Part shown: piece by piece, positions 46,156-56,344 of the stretch
How the letters are laid out: each line of letters opens with the position of its first letter
Position numbering within the stretch: the stretch's first letter is position 1
Assembly: GCA_037445065.1 (NCBI GenBank)
Contig: JBBILD010000007.1
Coordinates: 1-64,000, forward strand
Direction of reading: 5' to 3'
Origin: Myxococcales bacterium
GTDB lineage: Bacteria; Desulfobacterota; Binatia; HRBIN30
DNA length: 64,000 nt
The notes under the pieces: generated by a model
What the model saw: the letters and a program-made list of their open reading frames with translations, nothing else
Told to the model about the DNA's origin: nothing
Database searches by the model: none
Program-made: the position numbers and the translations under genes

Positions 46156-47820
46156 TCAGAAAGGCAGACGGTGGTCCTCCCCGGCCCACCGCTGGCACTT
46201 TTCGGGAGCACCGGCCCCCGACATTTCGAGCAGGCGGACGGCTTCAAACAACGTGCACATGACGTGGTCACCAATGGACGGACTGGCGTTAAAAATGGCG
46301 TTGTCGTTCTCGGGCGCCGCGGCGCGCACTTGTTCGTAGCCATCCTCGGGAGCAATGAGGTAGCCGAGCTGGTCGTTGGCGAGGCCGAAAACAAAGTGTT
46401 CCTGAGCCGGTACGCGTTCCACCAACTCGAAGCGGATCGCCGGGTAGCCCTCACCGGGAATGGCCGAAAACAGCAGCTCCCCGACTTGGAGCACCGAGGC
46501 GAAGGTGCCGATCAAATCGTTTTCGAGCCATGGTGGTACCGCGCTGCGGGAAATCAGCTGGCCCAAAACGGAAAGCTCGACCAGCGGGTTGGCAAAGCGC
46601 TCGCGCAAGAAGAGCTGGCGTGCCGCCAGGGTACGCCCCCGCACTGGCTCGAGGGCGCCAAGCGCTGCCCGCGTGCGTTCGAGCACGCGCTCCGAGTACT
46701 CTTGCAGTCGCTCCACATCGGGCAGATCGCCGCGGTCGGCCGGTTGTGTGCGACCAACGTCTCCCACCATCACCACCGCCCCCTGTAAGCCCAGCTCTTG
46801 CTGCAACGCCTCCGCCACCACACTGGGCCACTCGCCCGAAAGCAGCGTATTGCTGGCACCCATGACCGTGGCGTGCGCAGCAAAATTCACCAGCACCGCG
46901 CGCAATCGCTCCGGTTGCCCGGGAGCGGTGGCAACGAGCACGCGCAGGTCGCCGTCCACTCGATCGTTCGGCGGCGAGGAAAACTGGCTCCGCAGCAGCG
47001 GCGTGGCATCGGCCCGACCCACGTACAAGTCGGCAGGCTCGAGAGCGTTCCACGCGTCCACGATCGCTCCGACGGTTTGGTTCATCAGGAAGGCCATGTA
47101 CGCATTCGGCAAGCCGCCCCAAACGCCGGTGGTGTCCGGGCCCGCATGCGTGTGATTCGAGTTGATCACGATCTGGGTGGCAGGGATCGCGCCGCTGGTT
47201 GCTTGCTGGACAGCAAGTCGCGTCTCAGTGAGGCCGAAGGGCCCGCGCTTGTAGGCAGCGAAGGTTCCTTGCGTTTCGTTGGCTGCAAAGGCCACGCTGG
47301 TGTGGCCATCGGATAACACCCAAGCGCGCACGAAAATCGGTGCCAGCACACCGGTGGAGCGGCGCGAGGGGCCGAACCCGTACCCTCCCAAAAACACGCT
47401 CGAATCGGGGGTGATGTCACGCTGGGCCACCCCCACGTACCAACCGCTGCTCGAGGGAGGTAGCGAGGGTGACGGAGAGCCCAGGGGCGACGGAGTGACC
47501 GTGGCCGTGCCCGTCGCGGTGAGGGTCGGGGTCGGAGAGGAAATCACGCTGGGCGACACCGTCGGAGTGGCGGACACGGTTGGCGAGAAGCTCGCCGTGG
47601 TGGTGTGGGTGGGAGACGAGGCACGCGTGGGAGTAAAGCTCGGCTCTGGCGTAGGCGAAGGCACCAGCGGGCTCGCTGTCGGCGACGCTTGCGGCGTCGG
47701 CGTGAGCACAGCGCGGGTCGGCGTCGGAGCCGGTGCACCATCATCGTCCCCACAGCCGATCAGCGTCAAGGCCCACAGCCCGCACACGCCCAGCAACCCT
47801 AGCCGCGCAGCCATTCTCAT
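46156..47820 (-). CDS. Lipoprotein with Pro/Thr/Ser-rich linker and neutral/alkaline ceramidase-like domain
   Basis: Lipobox LIGC; about 100-aa PTPT/SPT linker; GVAQRDITP, SNHTHAGP, NFAAHAT, IPGE, GLANDQLGY. Confidence 0.78.
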   Translation of the reverse strand: MRMAARLGLLGVCGLWALTLIGCGDDDGAPAPTPTRAVLTPTPQASPTASPLVPSPTPEPSFTPTRASSPTHTTTASFSPTVSATPTVSPSVISSPTPTLTATGTATVTPSPLGSPSPSLPPSSSGWYVGVAQRDITPDSSVFLGGYGFGPSRRSTGVLAPIFVRAWVLSDGHTSVAFAANETQGTFAAYKRGPFGLTETRLAVQQATSGAIPATQIVINSNHTHAGPDTTGVWGGLPNAYMAFLMNQTVGAIVDAWNALEPADLYVGRADATPLLRSQFSSPPNDRVDGDLRVLVATAPGQPERLRAVLVNFAAHATVMGASNTLLSGEWPSVVAEALQQELGLQGAVVMVGDVGRTQPADRGDLPDVERLQEYSERVLERTRAALGALEPVRGRTLAARQLFLRERFANPLVELSVLGQLISRSAVPPWLENDLIGTFASVLQVGELLFSAIPGEGYPAIRFELVERVPAQEHFVFGLANDQLGYLIAPEDGYEQVRAAAPENDNAIFNASPSIGDHVMCTLFEAVRLLEMSGAGAPEKCQRWAGEDHRLPF

Positions 47821-47994
47821 GGGTGCCTACCGTTACCAAGCCTACCCGCAAATTCCAACTACGCGAGATGGAACGATTGCGAAGGGTGAACGAGCTCTCC
47901 AACTCGAGATTTCCACACCGCAGCGGCGCCGCTGCCCGCACGCGCGGCACCGCTTACCCCGGGGACAACCCGCTTCGGGTTGCGGTCTGAAAAA

Positions 47995-48143
47995 GTAGGA
48001 GCTCCCGCCGCCCGCCGCTCGCGCGGCGAGGCGCGGCTTTCTCGTTTCGCGCTCGCAACGTGAGCGCCAGGGCGCACCCGTGGCCCGCTTCGGCAGCGTG
48101 CGCTGTTCTCGGCATTGCGAGCAGGTACAAGGCCTACCCCTAC
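47995..48143. repeat. Degenerate GTAG-type REP element(s)
   Basis: 48119-48143 reverse complement GTAGGGGTAGGCCTTGTACCTGCTC versus GTAGGGGCAGGCCTTGTGCCTGCCC at 1583; possible decayed partner GTAGGAGC at 47995. Confidence 0.6.
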
Positions 48144-48374
48144 ACAGCGAAGGCGGCGAGAACGTTCCCACAAAAACAGCTCAACCGCACCGGCGATTGT
48201 CTTTGCCGGTGTTGTCGCGCGCCCGCCTGCTCTGATCCCGGGAAAGGATTTGTCCGCGGAAGCGGCGACCTTTTCCCGTGCGAAACGGCTTCCTGGGGTG
48301 ACTTACGGGCGTGGCGGATCGCGTTGCGCAGCCCACCAATTGCGCAGCCTACGTTCCAGCAATAGCGTACGGGC

Positions 48375-48809
48375 ATGAACGAGGCAGAGGCACAACCCCT
48401 CTCGCAGCCACTCGTGCTGTACGACGGGGAGTGCGCGCTCTGCCACGCAACCGTGCGCTGGCTCCTCGCCCATGACACGCAACGGGTGTTGCGGTTTGCC
48501 CCTTTGCAAGGGAAAACCGCTGCACACTTGCGCGAACAAGGTCTGGCGCTCCCGCAGGGGCTGGACAGCGTGGTTCTCGTTACCCCGTCAGGCGACCGGG
48601 AAGCACGAGTGCTCGTGCGCTCGCGCGCGGTGCTGGCCCTGTGCGACCTCATCGGGTACCGGTCTTTCTCTGTGCGGCTTTTGCGCCTGCTGCCACGCGC
48701 CGCCACGGATGCTGCCTACCGCATAGTGGCAGCGACGCGTTATCGCATCTCCGGGCGCAGGGCGTGCCTTCTTCCCCCGGAGGCCGAGCGCGACCGGTTC
48801 CTTCCCTGA
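48375..48809 (+). CDS. DCC1-like thiol-disulfide oxidoreductase (DUF393/YuxK family)
   Basis: VLYDGECALCH, FAPLQG, DAAYRIVAATRYR, RFLP. Confidence 0.9.
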   Translation: MNEAEAQPLSQPLVLYDGECALCHATVRWLLAHDTQRVLRFAPLQGKTAAHLREQGLALPQGLDSVVLVTPSGDREARVLVRSRAVLALCDLIGYRSFSVRLLRLLPRAATDAAYRIVAATRYRISGRRACLLPPEAERDRFLP

Positions 48810-49069
48810 AGCGGCCCGAATCGGGGACGCCGCCAACGCGGCGAGCTAGGCGGGCAGTTCCTCGAGGGCGACCCGCGCCCCGGGGCAAGCAGCCGGAGGA
48901 TCGCCGAACCCGTTGCGGCTGGGCGGGCGGAAGAGCGGTCTGCCCAGCTTCGATTCCTCGGAGCTTGGTTCGCGCCCACGACGATGCGCGGGCCCGTGTC
49001 GTCGTGCTCGGGCAGCAACCCGTACCCCCAGGTGCAATCAGGCACACCCGCAGGCTGCCAATTCGTTTT

Positions 49070-49924
49070 TCACCCGCCGTTCCGGGGCATTCGGTGACCG
49101 CTCGCTTCCGAGCGGAAGGGCAGCGCGAGCATGCCGGGTAGATCCACGACCGCGCCGGGCTCGCGCAAGTCGGGGAGCCCGATCACCATTCGCTCGTGCC
49201 CGGCAGCGGGACGATCCTTGTAGGTGCCGAACAGGCGGTCCCAGAGCGACAAGTTGAATCCGAAGTTCCGGTTCGTCTCTTGGGCGTCGGTGGAGTGATG
49301 CACACGATGCATATCCGGGGTGACGATGACGCAGCGCAAGATGCGGTCCAGTGCGGGTGGCAGGCGGACGTTGCCGTGATTGAACATGGAAGTGGCGTTG
49401 AGCAAGACCTCGAAGGCGACCACCGCAAGCACCGGCGCCCCCAGGACCACGATGGCCGCTGACTTGATCAGCATGGAGAGAACGATCTCCAGCGGATGGA
49501 AGCGCACTCCTGTGGTCACGTCGAAGTCGAGATCGGCGTGGTGCACTCGGTGCAGCCGCCACAGCGGCGGTATCGAATGAAAGACCCGGTGCTGGAAGTA
49601 GACGATAAAGTCGAGCGCCACGACCGAGCCCGCAACCGCGCACCAGAACGGCAAGGGAACCTGATGCAACAGTCCCCATCCTCGCTGAGCCGCAAACAGC
49701 GCCACGCCTGCCGCTGCTCCCGGAAACAGCAGCCGCACGAGCAGCGTATTCACGAGCGAGATACCGAGGTTGCTCACCCAACGGCGGACCCACCGAATGG
49801 TGCGCTGGCGGCGCGGTGCACGAGTCTCCCAAGCCGCCATGGTGGCGAGCACGCCGAAAAACGCAGCCATCCTGATGAGCGGCTCGCTACTCCATACCAA
49901 CTCTGCCCAAAACGGATTGGTCAT
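49070..49924 (-). CDS. Sterol desaturase / fatty acid hydroxylase family protein
   Basis: His boxes YFQHRVFH, LHRVHHAD, RFHP, FNHGN, HRVHHS; NFGFNLSLWDRLFGTY. Confidence 0.92.
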   Translation of the reverse strand: MTNPFWAELVWSSEPLIRMAAFFGVLATMAAWETRAPRRQRTIRWVRRWVSNLGISLVNTLLVRLLFPGAAAGVALFAAQRGWGLLHQVPLPFWCAVAGSVVALDFIVYFQHRVFHSIPPLWRLHRVHHADLDFDVTTGVRFHPLEIVLSMLIKSAAIVVLGAPVLAVVAFEVLLNATSMFNHGNVRLPPALDRILRCVIVTPDMHRVHHSTDAQETNRNFGFNLSLWDRLFGTYKDRPAAGHERMVIGLPDLREPGAVVDLPGMLALPFRSEASGHRMPRNGG

Positions 49925-50207
49925 GGCCTTGCCCTGGGAGATTCCTTCGGCGCCTCGTTTACTTCACTTGTCGGGCCACAAGCGTAGCAATGGAACACAC
50001 TGGAGCAGAACTCTGTGTTCGCGATCACCACCCCAACCCAAGAGCATTACCAACTGGGTGCACCAGCCCTCGACCCAGTTGGGAGGGCGCCTCGCAGGCT
50101 TCCAACCGGGTGGTCTACGCCCCCGGCGTCCGCCTCAGCGATGGCTTGCGTGAGTCAGCCTTCCCGAGGCTCGCTTGCTGAACAAATCCTCGCTGGTACT
50201 GAGCCCC

Positions 50208-50969
50208 CTAGATTGAATATCGCCGATGTAAGAACCGCGGATGAGCATGAGCCCCTCCCGGATCACCATGTACTCCAGAGACGCGCTCAAAACCTGCCCA
50301 AGGCTCCGTGTACCGGGCTACCAGGAGCCACTGCGGAAAGACAGCGCAGCGAGTCGCGATGCGTTCCAACAATCCACCTCTTCCGAACCGATCGTAGTTG
50401 CCCCCGAAACCATGATCCTCCAGTACCACTGCAAAGGGTGGTGGGTGACCCGCGTCTTGACAGAACAAGGCATCGTAGGCCGCGATCCCATCCGCACCGA
50501 GGAAAACAATGGCGAGGCGGCGCGCGCCGTGGCTGTCGTCGAGTTCGCCGTGCCGTTGAAGAATTTCGAGAAATGCGAACGGCGAGTCCGCTGTGGCGGC
50601 AGCGCGGTATCGTTGCGGCGGCAACTCAGAGGCCCGGGCGTGGGGAATCCATTCTCCGGGGACGAGGTCGCGCGGGCGGAGCTGAATTCGAGCGACACTG
50701 TAATACCCGCGGAAGCCCTCGATCGGGTGTCCGAGTTTTGATTCGATCGTCAGCTGCGGCACGCCAAAATCAGCGTACACGAAGCAATGAGCGCTGTGTG
50801 TCGAACCGAATAGCATCACTGGGTGCCCGTCCGTCCCACAGCCGGGATAGTAGACTACCCGTGATGCAAAGAATTCGCGACGAGGAAATGGCATCCCGCG
50901 CTGAAACTGGTCAAGCCACACAGGAACCGGCTCGCGCATCTCTCGCAAGTACGCTCGCAAAGTCATCAT
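50208..50969 (-). CDS. Hypothetical protein
   Basis: 253-aa ORF with protein-like composition (YYPGCGTDG, FLGADGIAAYDALF, DHGFGGNY); family not recognised. Confidence 0.65.
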   Translation of the reverse strand: MMTLRAYLREMREPVPVWLDQFQRGMPFPRREFFASRVVYYPGCGTDGHPVMLFGSTHSAHCFVYADFGVPQLTIESKLGHPIEGFRGYYSVARIQLRPRDLVPGEWIPHARASELPPQRYRAAATADSPFAFLEILQRHGELDDSHGARRLAIVFLGADGIAAYDALFCQDAGHPPPFAVVLEDHGFGGNYDRFGRGGLLERIATRCAVFPQWLLVARYTEPWAGFERVSGVHGDPGGAHAHPRFLHRRYSI

Positions 50970-51734
50970 ACTCCGAAGCCTCTCCGTGGTGTCACCCGCC
51001 GCCGTTGGGAATGCTTACTCCAACCGGTGTCGCTGTAGCAACACTCACCCAAGCAGCGGCGGCGAAAGGGGAAGTGCCTTTGCGCGAAAAAAAGGGTGAA
51101 GTCTTCACGCTGATGTTTTGTTTCGCTTCCGTGCACTGCGCTTAAGGGCAACTTCCGAAAACAGCCGCGCCTGTGCTCCGGGCAACGCCGGACCCGAATC
51201 AGCCAAACCACCACTTGCCTCACCGCCACGGACTCGGGCTGGGTAAGCTCTTGCCGCGCCAAGTTGGAAGGTCCACGCCAGAGGGCCTCTGCTGGATGCC
51301 AGCCGCACGTGCCCCCTCAAGAGCGTGATGAAAGCCGACGGCGCCACGCAGGCACATGGGACAACGCAAACGGGCTTCCGTGCCAGCTTCGGACGACCGC
51401 GGCGGAAGAAGACCGAGACTCTGCAGCTCTGAAGCCCAGTGCAAAAAGCCCTGATCCCCTTCGCGGGGGCGACGCCGAGGTGCGCCGGCAAGGCGCGGCT
51501 TGGTCTGTAGGCGGCACAACACGCCTGGAGCCGTTTCGCAACGTGGACGGCGATACGGCGCACTTACCGCGCAGTTATCGTGCAACGCAGGGCCTCTCGC
51601 GATCGAATCGTTCGCCAACGCCTCCACAACTCCCCGAACAGGGGTTTCCTAACTCAGGAGAAATGCTTACATAGGCGCCGTTTTTCAGCGTCCAAAGCGA
51701 ACCTGTTCGCGGCGACAAGAAGGAGACATCTCGA

Positions 51735-52250
51735 ATGGGAACGACCAAAGGGTTGATTCGCGCGATGAATAAGAAGGGAACGCGCAAGACCAAGAAGCCA
51801 GCCGTGGCCGTCAAAATGCTTCCACCGCCCGACCCATCCTGCTGCGAGCGTTGCGGGGCGCTGTACACCAAACAAGCCTGGCGGCGGGCTGGGGAGCGTT
51901 CCCATTCCCTGCTGCAGAAAGTGCACTGGACGGTCTGTCCGGCGTGCAAGCAAGCCGAACGAGGCGAGTATTTTGGCCGCGTGGTCGTGCGCGGCCGCTT
52001 TGCCGCCGAACACGAGGATGAAATTCGGCGGCGGATTCGCAACATCGAAGAGCGTGCCCGCTTCACGCAACCCTTGCGCAAAGTGGTGGCAGCCGAGCGC
52101 ACCGGCGATGTGTTCGAGGTGTACACCACCTCCCAGAAGCTTGCGCATCGGATCGTGCACGAACTCAAGAAACTCTACAAAGGCAAAGCCACGTACCGCT
52201 GGTCGCCCGACGACGGCTGCTTGTACGCGACTTGGGAGCGGGACGAATAA
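51735..52250 (+). CDS. BCAM0308 family protein (Zn-binding, NMD3-like)
   Basis: CERCGALY...W...CPACK...GRVVVRG...VYTTSQKLAHRI...KG; SD AAGGAG. Confidence 0.8.
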   Translation: MGTTKGLIRAMNKKGTRKTKKPAVAVKMLPPPDPSCCERCGALYTKQAWRRAGERSHSLLQKVHWTVCPACKQAERGEYFGRVVVRGRFAAEHEDEIRRRIRNIEERARFTQPLRKVVAAERTGDVFEVYTTSQKLAHRIVHELKKLYKGKATYRWSPDDGCLYATWERDE

Positions 52251-52272
52251 AGCCTCCAGGAAGGGGGTTCGT

Positions 52273-52491
52273 ATGGCTGAGGTGATCGACTTGCGCACGC
52301 GCCGCCCGAAAAAACCGGGCAGTGGTGCCCGCTTCGTTCATTGTGCGTACTGCGGGGAGCGACACCCGATCGTGCGCTTGGCCGACGGGACCGACTCGTG
52401 TCCCACTGCGTTCTCGGATGGCGGGCTCTGGTTCTGCCGCAACCGCGGCTGCCGTTCGTCGTACTTCACTCCGCGCCGCCCGCAGAACTGA
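52273..52491 (+). CDS. Small Cys-rich putative zinc-finger protein (72 aa)
   Basis: MAEVIDLRTRR...CAYCG...CPT...WFCRNRGC; SD-like AAGGGGG; fills the gap within the operon. Confidence 0.65.
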   Translation: MAEVIDLRTRRPKKPGSGARFVHCAYCGERHPIVRLADGTDSCPTAFSDGGLWFCRNRGCRSSYFTPRRPQN

Positions 52492-52500
52492 GGGTCAGAG

Positions 52501-53376
52501 GTGAAAAAGCGCGCGATCTTCCCCATGCCCGAGGCGCGCAGCTTTGGGCGCCGCCTCGCCAACAGGGGGCGAATCGCCCTGGGGCGGGTTACGCGGCACG
52601 AGTTTCCCGACGGCGAGAGCTTGGTGCGCGTACCGAGCCCAGCCGCGAATCAAGCCGTGGTCGTGCAGTACTTGCACCAACCGAATGCGAAAGTCCTCGA
52701 CACGTTGCTTGCCGCCGACGCGTTGCGGCAGGCGCGGGCAGAACGAGTGGTACTGGTAGCGCCGTACTTGCCGTACATGCGCCAGGATTCCGTGTTCGAA
52801 CCCGGCCAACCCGTATCGCAAAAGGTGTTCGGCAAACTCTTGCAGGTGGGCTTCGATGCTGTGCTGACGGTCGAGCCCCATTTGCACCGCGTGCAGCGTT
52901 TCGGCGAAGTGGTGCGGGGCCGCGCCGTGTCGGCCGCACCAGCGATCGCGCGCTGGCTCGAGCGAAAGTTCCCCGATGCGTGGATCGTGGGGCCCGATGC
53001 CGAGTCGGAGCGGTGGGTTCGCCCCGTGGCGCGAACGCTGCGCCAACCATGGATGGTCGGCAAGAAACAGCGACTCGACGAGCGCACGGTGCGCATTCAG
53101 TTTCCGCGCATCCCGCGCGGCGCGCGTGTGGTGCTCGTAGATGACATCGTGAGCAGCGGCGCCACGCTCGTTGCCGCGGCCCGTGCCCTGCGCCAGGCAG
53201 GGGCGAGCGAAATCCATGCAGTAATGGTGCACGCGCTCTTCGACCTAGAGACCGCCAAAGCCATGCGCGCAGCTGGAATTCAGCGCATCGCCTCCTGCGA
53301 CACCGTCCCGCATCCGACCAATCGGATCTCTTGCGTGCCCGAAATCCTGCAGGCTTTGCAACGCGTGCTGGCATGA
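52501..53376 (+). CDS. prs: Ribose-phosphate pyrophosphokinase (PRPP synthetase-like)
   Basis: FPDGES, APYLPYMRQD, VGPD, VLVDDIVSSGATL. Confidence 0.88.
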   Translation: MKKRAIFPMPEARSFGRRLANRGRIALGRVTRHEFPDGESLVRVPSPAANQAVVVQYLHQPNAKVLDTLLAADALRQARAERVVLVAPYLPYMRQDSVFEPGQPVSQKVFGKLLQVGFDAVLTVEPHLHRVQRFGEVVRGRAVSAAPAIARWLERKFPDAWIVGPDAESERWVRPVARTLRQPWMVGKKQRLDERTVRIQFPRIPRGARVVLVDDIVSSGATLVAAARALRQAGASEIHAVMVHALFDLETAKAMRAAGIQRIASCDTVPHPTNRISCVPEILQALQRVLA

Positions 53377-54800
53377 AACCGGGCCACGGCGGACCGCCCC
53401 GGCCCGGGGTGCCGATTCTGCGCTTCCTCGGGGCAGCGGGGACCGTAACCGGCAGCCGATTCTTGCTGGACACTCCACGCGCGCGCCTGCTGGTGGACTG
53501 CGGTTTGTTCCAAGGGCTCAAATCACTCCGCCTGCGCAACCGGGAAGGCATGCCCATCCCCCCTGCTTCGATTGACGCAGTGGTTCTATCGCATGCGCAC
53601 CTCGACCACTCTGGTTACTTGCCGGCGCTGGTGCGGGACGGGTTTCGCGGTCCGGTGTACGCAACCCCGGGCACGGTGGAACTCGCAAAAATCCTGCTGC
53701 CCGACAGTGGCCGCGTTCAGGAGGAGGACGCCGCCTACGCCAACCGCAAAGGGTTTTCCAAACACGCCCCGGCGCTGCCGTTGTACACCGAGGAAGACGC
53801 GGTGCGTGCCCTCCCCTCCCTGACGACCGTACCGTTCGGGGAGCTGCGTGAAGTGGCGCCAGAGGTGGGGATGATCTTTCACCGCGCCGGCCACATCCTC
53901 GGCTCAGCGATTGTGGAAATCCGCATCGGGGGCGACCGCCCACGCACCGTGGTCGTCTCCGGAGACCTCGGCCGCCCGCATCACCCAATTCTCTTGCCAC
54001 CGCGCACGCGGCCGCAGTCGGAGATCCTCCTGGTCGAGTCTACGTACGGGGACCGCGAGCACGAGGATGTTGCCTCGCTCGAGCGCTTTTGCCGAGCCAT
54101 CCGCGAGACCGCAGATCGGGGCGGGATGGTCATCATTCCGGCCTTTGCAGTGGATCGCACCGAGGTCGTGCTGTTTCACCTAAAACGCCTCATGCAAGCG
54201 GGCGAAATCCCTCGCTTGCCCGTGTGGGTGGATAGCCCCATGGCTCTGGCCACCCTCAGCGTCTACCGGAAAGCGTTGCGCGACCCCAACCATGAGCTGG
54301 ACCCAGAGCTGGCGAGCTCGCCAGAAGATCCCTTCGATCCAGGAACGTTGATCGAGGCCCATACCCCAGAGCAGTCGCGCGCCATCAACAACGAGAGCGG
54401 ACCGGGGATCATCGTTTCCGCATCCGGTATGGCTACAGGCGGGCGAGTGCTCCACCACCTGCGCCACCGCCTTCCTGAGCCGCGCAATACGGTGGTGCTC
54501 GTAGGGTTTCAGGCAGAAGGGACGCGGGGGCGCGCGCTACTGGAAGGGGCGCGGGCCATCAAACTGTTGGGGCAGTACGTGGCGGTGCGAGCCGCGGTGG
54601 TAGACGTACCGGCCTTCTCGGTGCACGCCGACCGCTCCGAGTTACTGGCGTGGCTGCGCAGCGGTTTGGGGCGACCCGATGTGACCTACGTCGTGCACGG
54701 CGAACCAGCCGCATCCGAAACGTTCCGTAGCGCGATCGAAAGGGAACTTAGCTGGACTGCGGTCGTGCCCCGCTACCTCGAAAACGTTCGCGTGGCTTGA
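53373..54800 (+). CDS. MBL-fold beta-CASP ribonuclease
   Basis: FLGAAGTVTGS, VDCGLFQG, SHAHLDHSG, AGHILGS, ESTYG, SASGM, FSVHAD, VHGE; ATGA overlap. Confidence 0.93.
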   Translation: MKPGHGGPPRPGVPILRFLGAAGTVTGSRFLLDTPRARLLVDCGLFQGLKSLRLRNREGMPIPPASIDAVVLSHAHLDHSGYLPALVRDGFRGPVYATPGTVELAKILLPDSGRVQEEDAAYANRKGFSKHAPALPLYTEEDAVRALPSLTTVPFGELREVAPEVGMIFHRAGHILGSAIVEIRIGGDRPRTVVVSGDLGRPHHPILLPPRTRPQSEILLVESTYGDREHEDVASLERFCRAIRETADRGGMVIIPAFAVDRTEVVLFHLKRLMQAGEIPRLPVWVDSPMALATLSVYRKALRDPNHELDPELASSPEDPFDPGTLIEAHTPEQSRAINNESGPGIIVSASGMATGGRVLHHLRHRLPEPRNTVVLVGFQAEGTRGRALLEGARAIKLLGQYVAVRAAVVDVPAFSVHADRSELLAWLRSGLGRPDVTYVVHGEPAASETFRSAIERELSWTAVVPRYLENVRVA

Positions 54801-55178
54801 AGGCGTGTTATGCAGGGTCGGTGAGCGAGAGCCAAGGCACCGTTTGCCGAGAAGACCGGCTCGGAGTGCGCTCCCACTGGGTCGCCCACCCCGGTGAGCA
54901 TCTGCAATCGCCGTCACGAAGTGGACTGCTCCGATGCCCGCAACGCACGACGGGCTCGCCACGATTGCACCACCTACCCACCGGCAGGACTCCAAATCGT
55001 CTCTCGGCAAGCCACAAGGGCACGGGACAAAGCAGATGGCCGTGCCAGTTCCGTGAGATTTGGCAGCTTCATTTTCCTCGTTCTCGCATTGTGGGGAGTT
55101 CAAGCCCGGTGGTATTGCAGGCTTGTGATCTCAGCGCTGCGCCCGCGCACACATGGGCGCCGCCGCAAGGAGCAGGTA

Positions 55179-56225
55179 ATGAACCAAGCCAAGCTGGAGC
55201 GCTTCCTGGACAAATTGCTGACCGACATGAGCGGCGCAGCCATGTGGGCAACCGTGCTGGTCGGCGAGGAACTCGGGCTGTACCGGGCATTGCGGGGGGC
55301 CGGGTTTCTGAGCCCCGAAGAGCTGGCGGAGCGTGCGCAGTGCCACCCGCGCCTAACACGGGAATGATTGTGCGCGCAGGCAGCGGCAGGGTACATCGAA
55401 ACCAAAAACGGGCGTTTTCGCCTCACCGAGGAACAAGCAATGGCGCTTGCCGACGAAGACTCGCCGGCGTACGTGGCCCCTGCCGCGCAAGTCCTGGCCA
55501 GCATGTTTTTGGACAAAGACAAGCTCGTGCAAGCCATGCGCGGGAGCGGTGGCCTGGGGTGGGGCGACCACCACCCGTGCCTGTTTGTGGTACGGGAACG
55601 GTTTTTCCGCCCCGGCTACCGCGGGCACTTGCTTGCAGAATGGCTGCCAGCATTGGATGGGGTCGTCACGAAGCTCGAACGAGGCGCGACGGTGGCCGAT
55701 GTGGGCTGTGGCCACGGGGTTTCGACGATCCTCATGGCCCAAGCGTATCCGGCCTCTCGTTTCTTTGGCTTCGATTTCCACGCGCCCTCGATCGAGACGG
55801 CCCACGCGCGAGCCCGCGAAAGTGGACTGGGGGATCGGGTCACCTTCGAGCGATACACCGCGAAGGACTACCCGGCGAGAAATTACGACCTCATTTGTTT
55901 CTTCGATTGCCTGCACGACATGGGGGACCCAGTCGGGGCTGCACGACATGCCTGCGAGGCACTGGCGGACGACGGCACAGTGCTTCTCGTCGAACCCTTC
56001 GCGAACGACCGGCTGGAAGACAACCGGAACACTGTGGGGCGCATGTACTACGCGGCCTCTACCTTCGTGTGTACGCCGAGTTCGCTTGCCCAAGAGGTCG
56101 GCCTTGCCCTTGGTGCCCAAGCAGGCGAAGCGCGCTTGCGCGAGGCCCTTGGTGAAGCTGGCTTCCGCCAGGTTCGGCGTGCGGCGCAGACGCCTTTCAA
56201 CATGATCCTCGAAGCAAGCAAGTAA
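55179..56225 (+). pseudogene. SAM-dependent methyltransferase with N-terminal wHTH (Rv2258c-like), interrupted by in-frame TGA at 55365-55367
   Basis: ATG 55179 (SD AAGGAG) is in frame with ORF 55368..56225; junction reads RLTRE*LCAQAAAGY where the family has REWL; DVGCGHG, DCLHDMGDP, LGAQAGE intact. Confidence 0.8.
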
Positions 56226-56344
56226 AACCGGCAGGCCGGTAGGCGGGCGCCGAGAAGCAGCGGACAGCGACGTAAAAACTGCTCGACAAAGCTGGGTGCG
56301 GCTGCCGCGTCTCGCCTGTCCCGGCGCCACGAAGGGCCGGTTCG

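Noticed and set aside
55365..55367. Selenocysteine codon or genome-wide TGA recoding
   Set aside because: The family residue is Trp rather than Cys, no convincing SECIS hairpin follows, and many genes in the window use TGA as stop with ATGA/GTGA overlaps.
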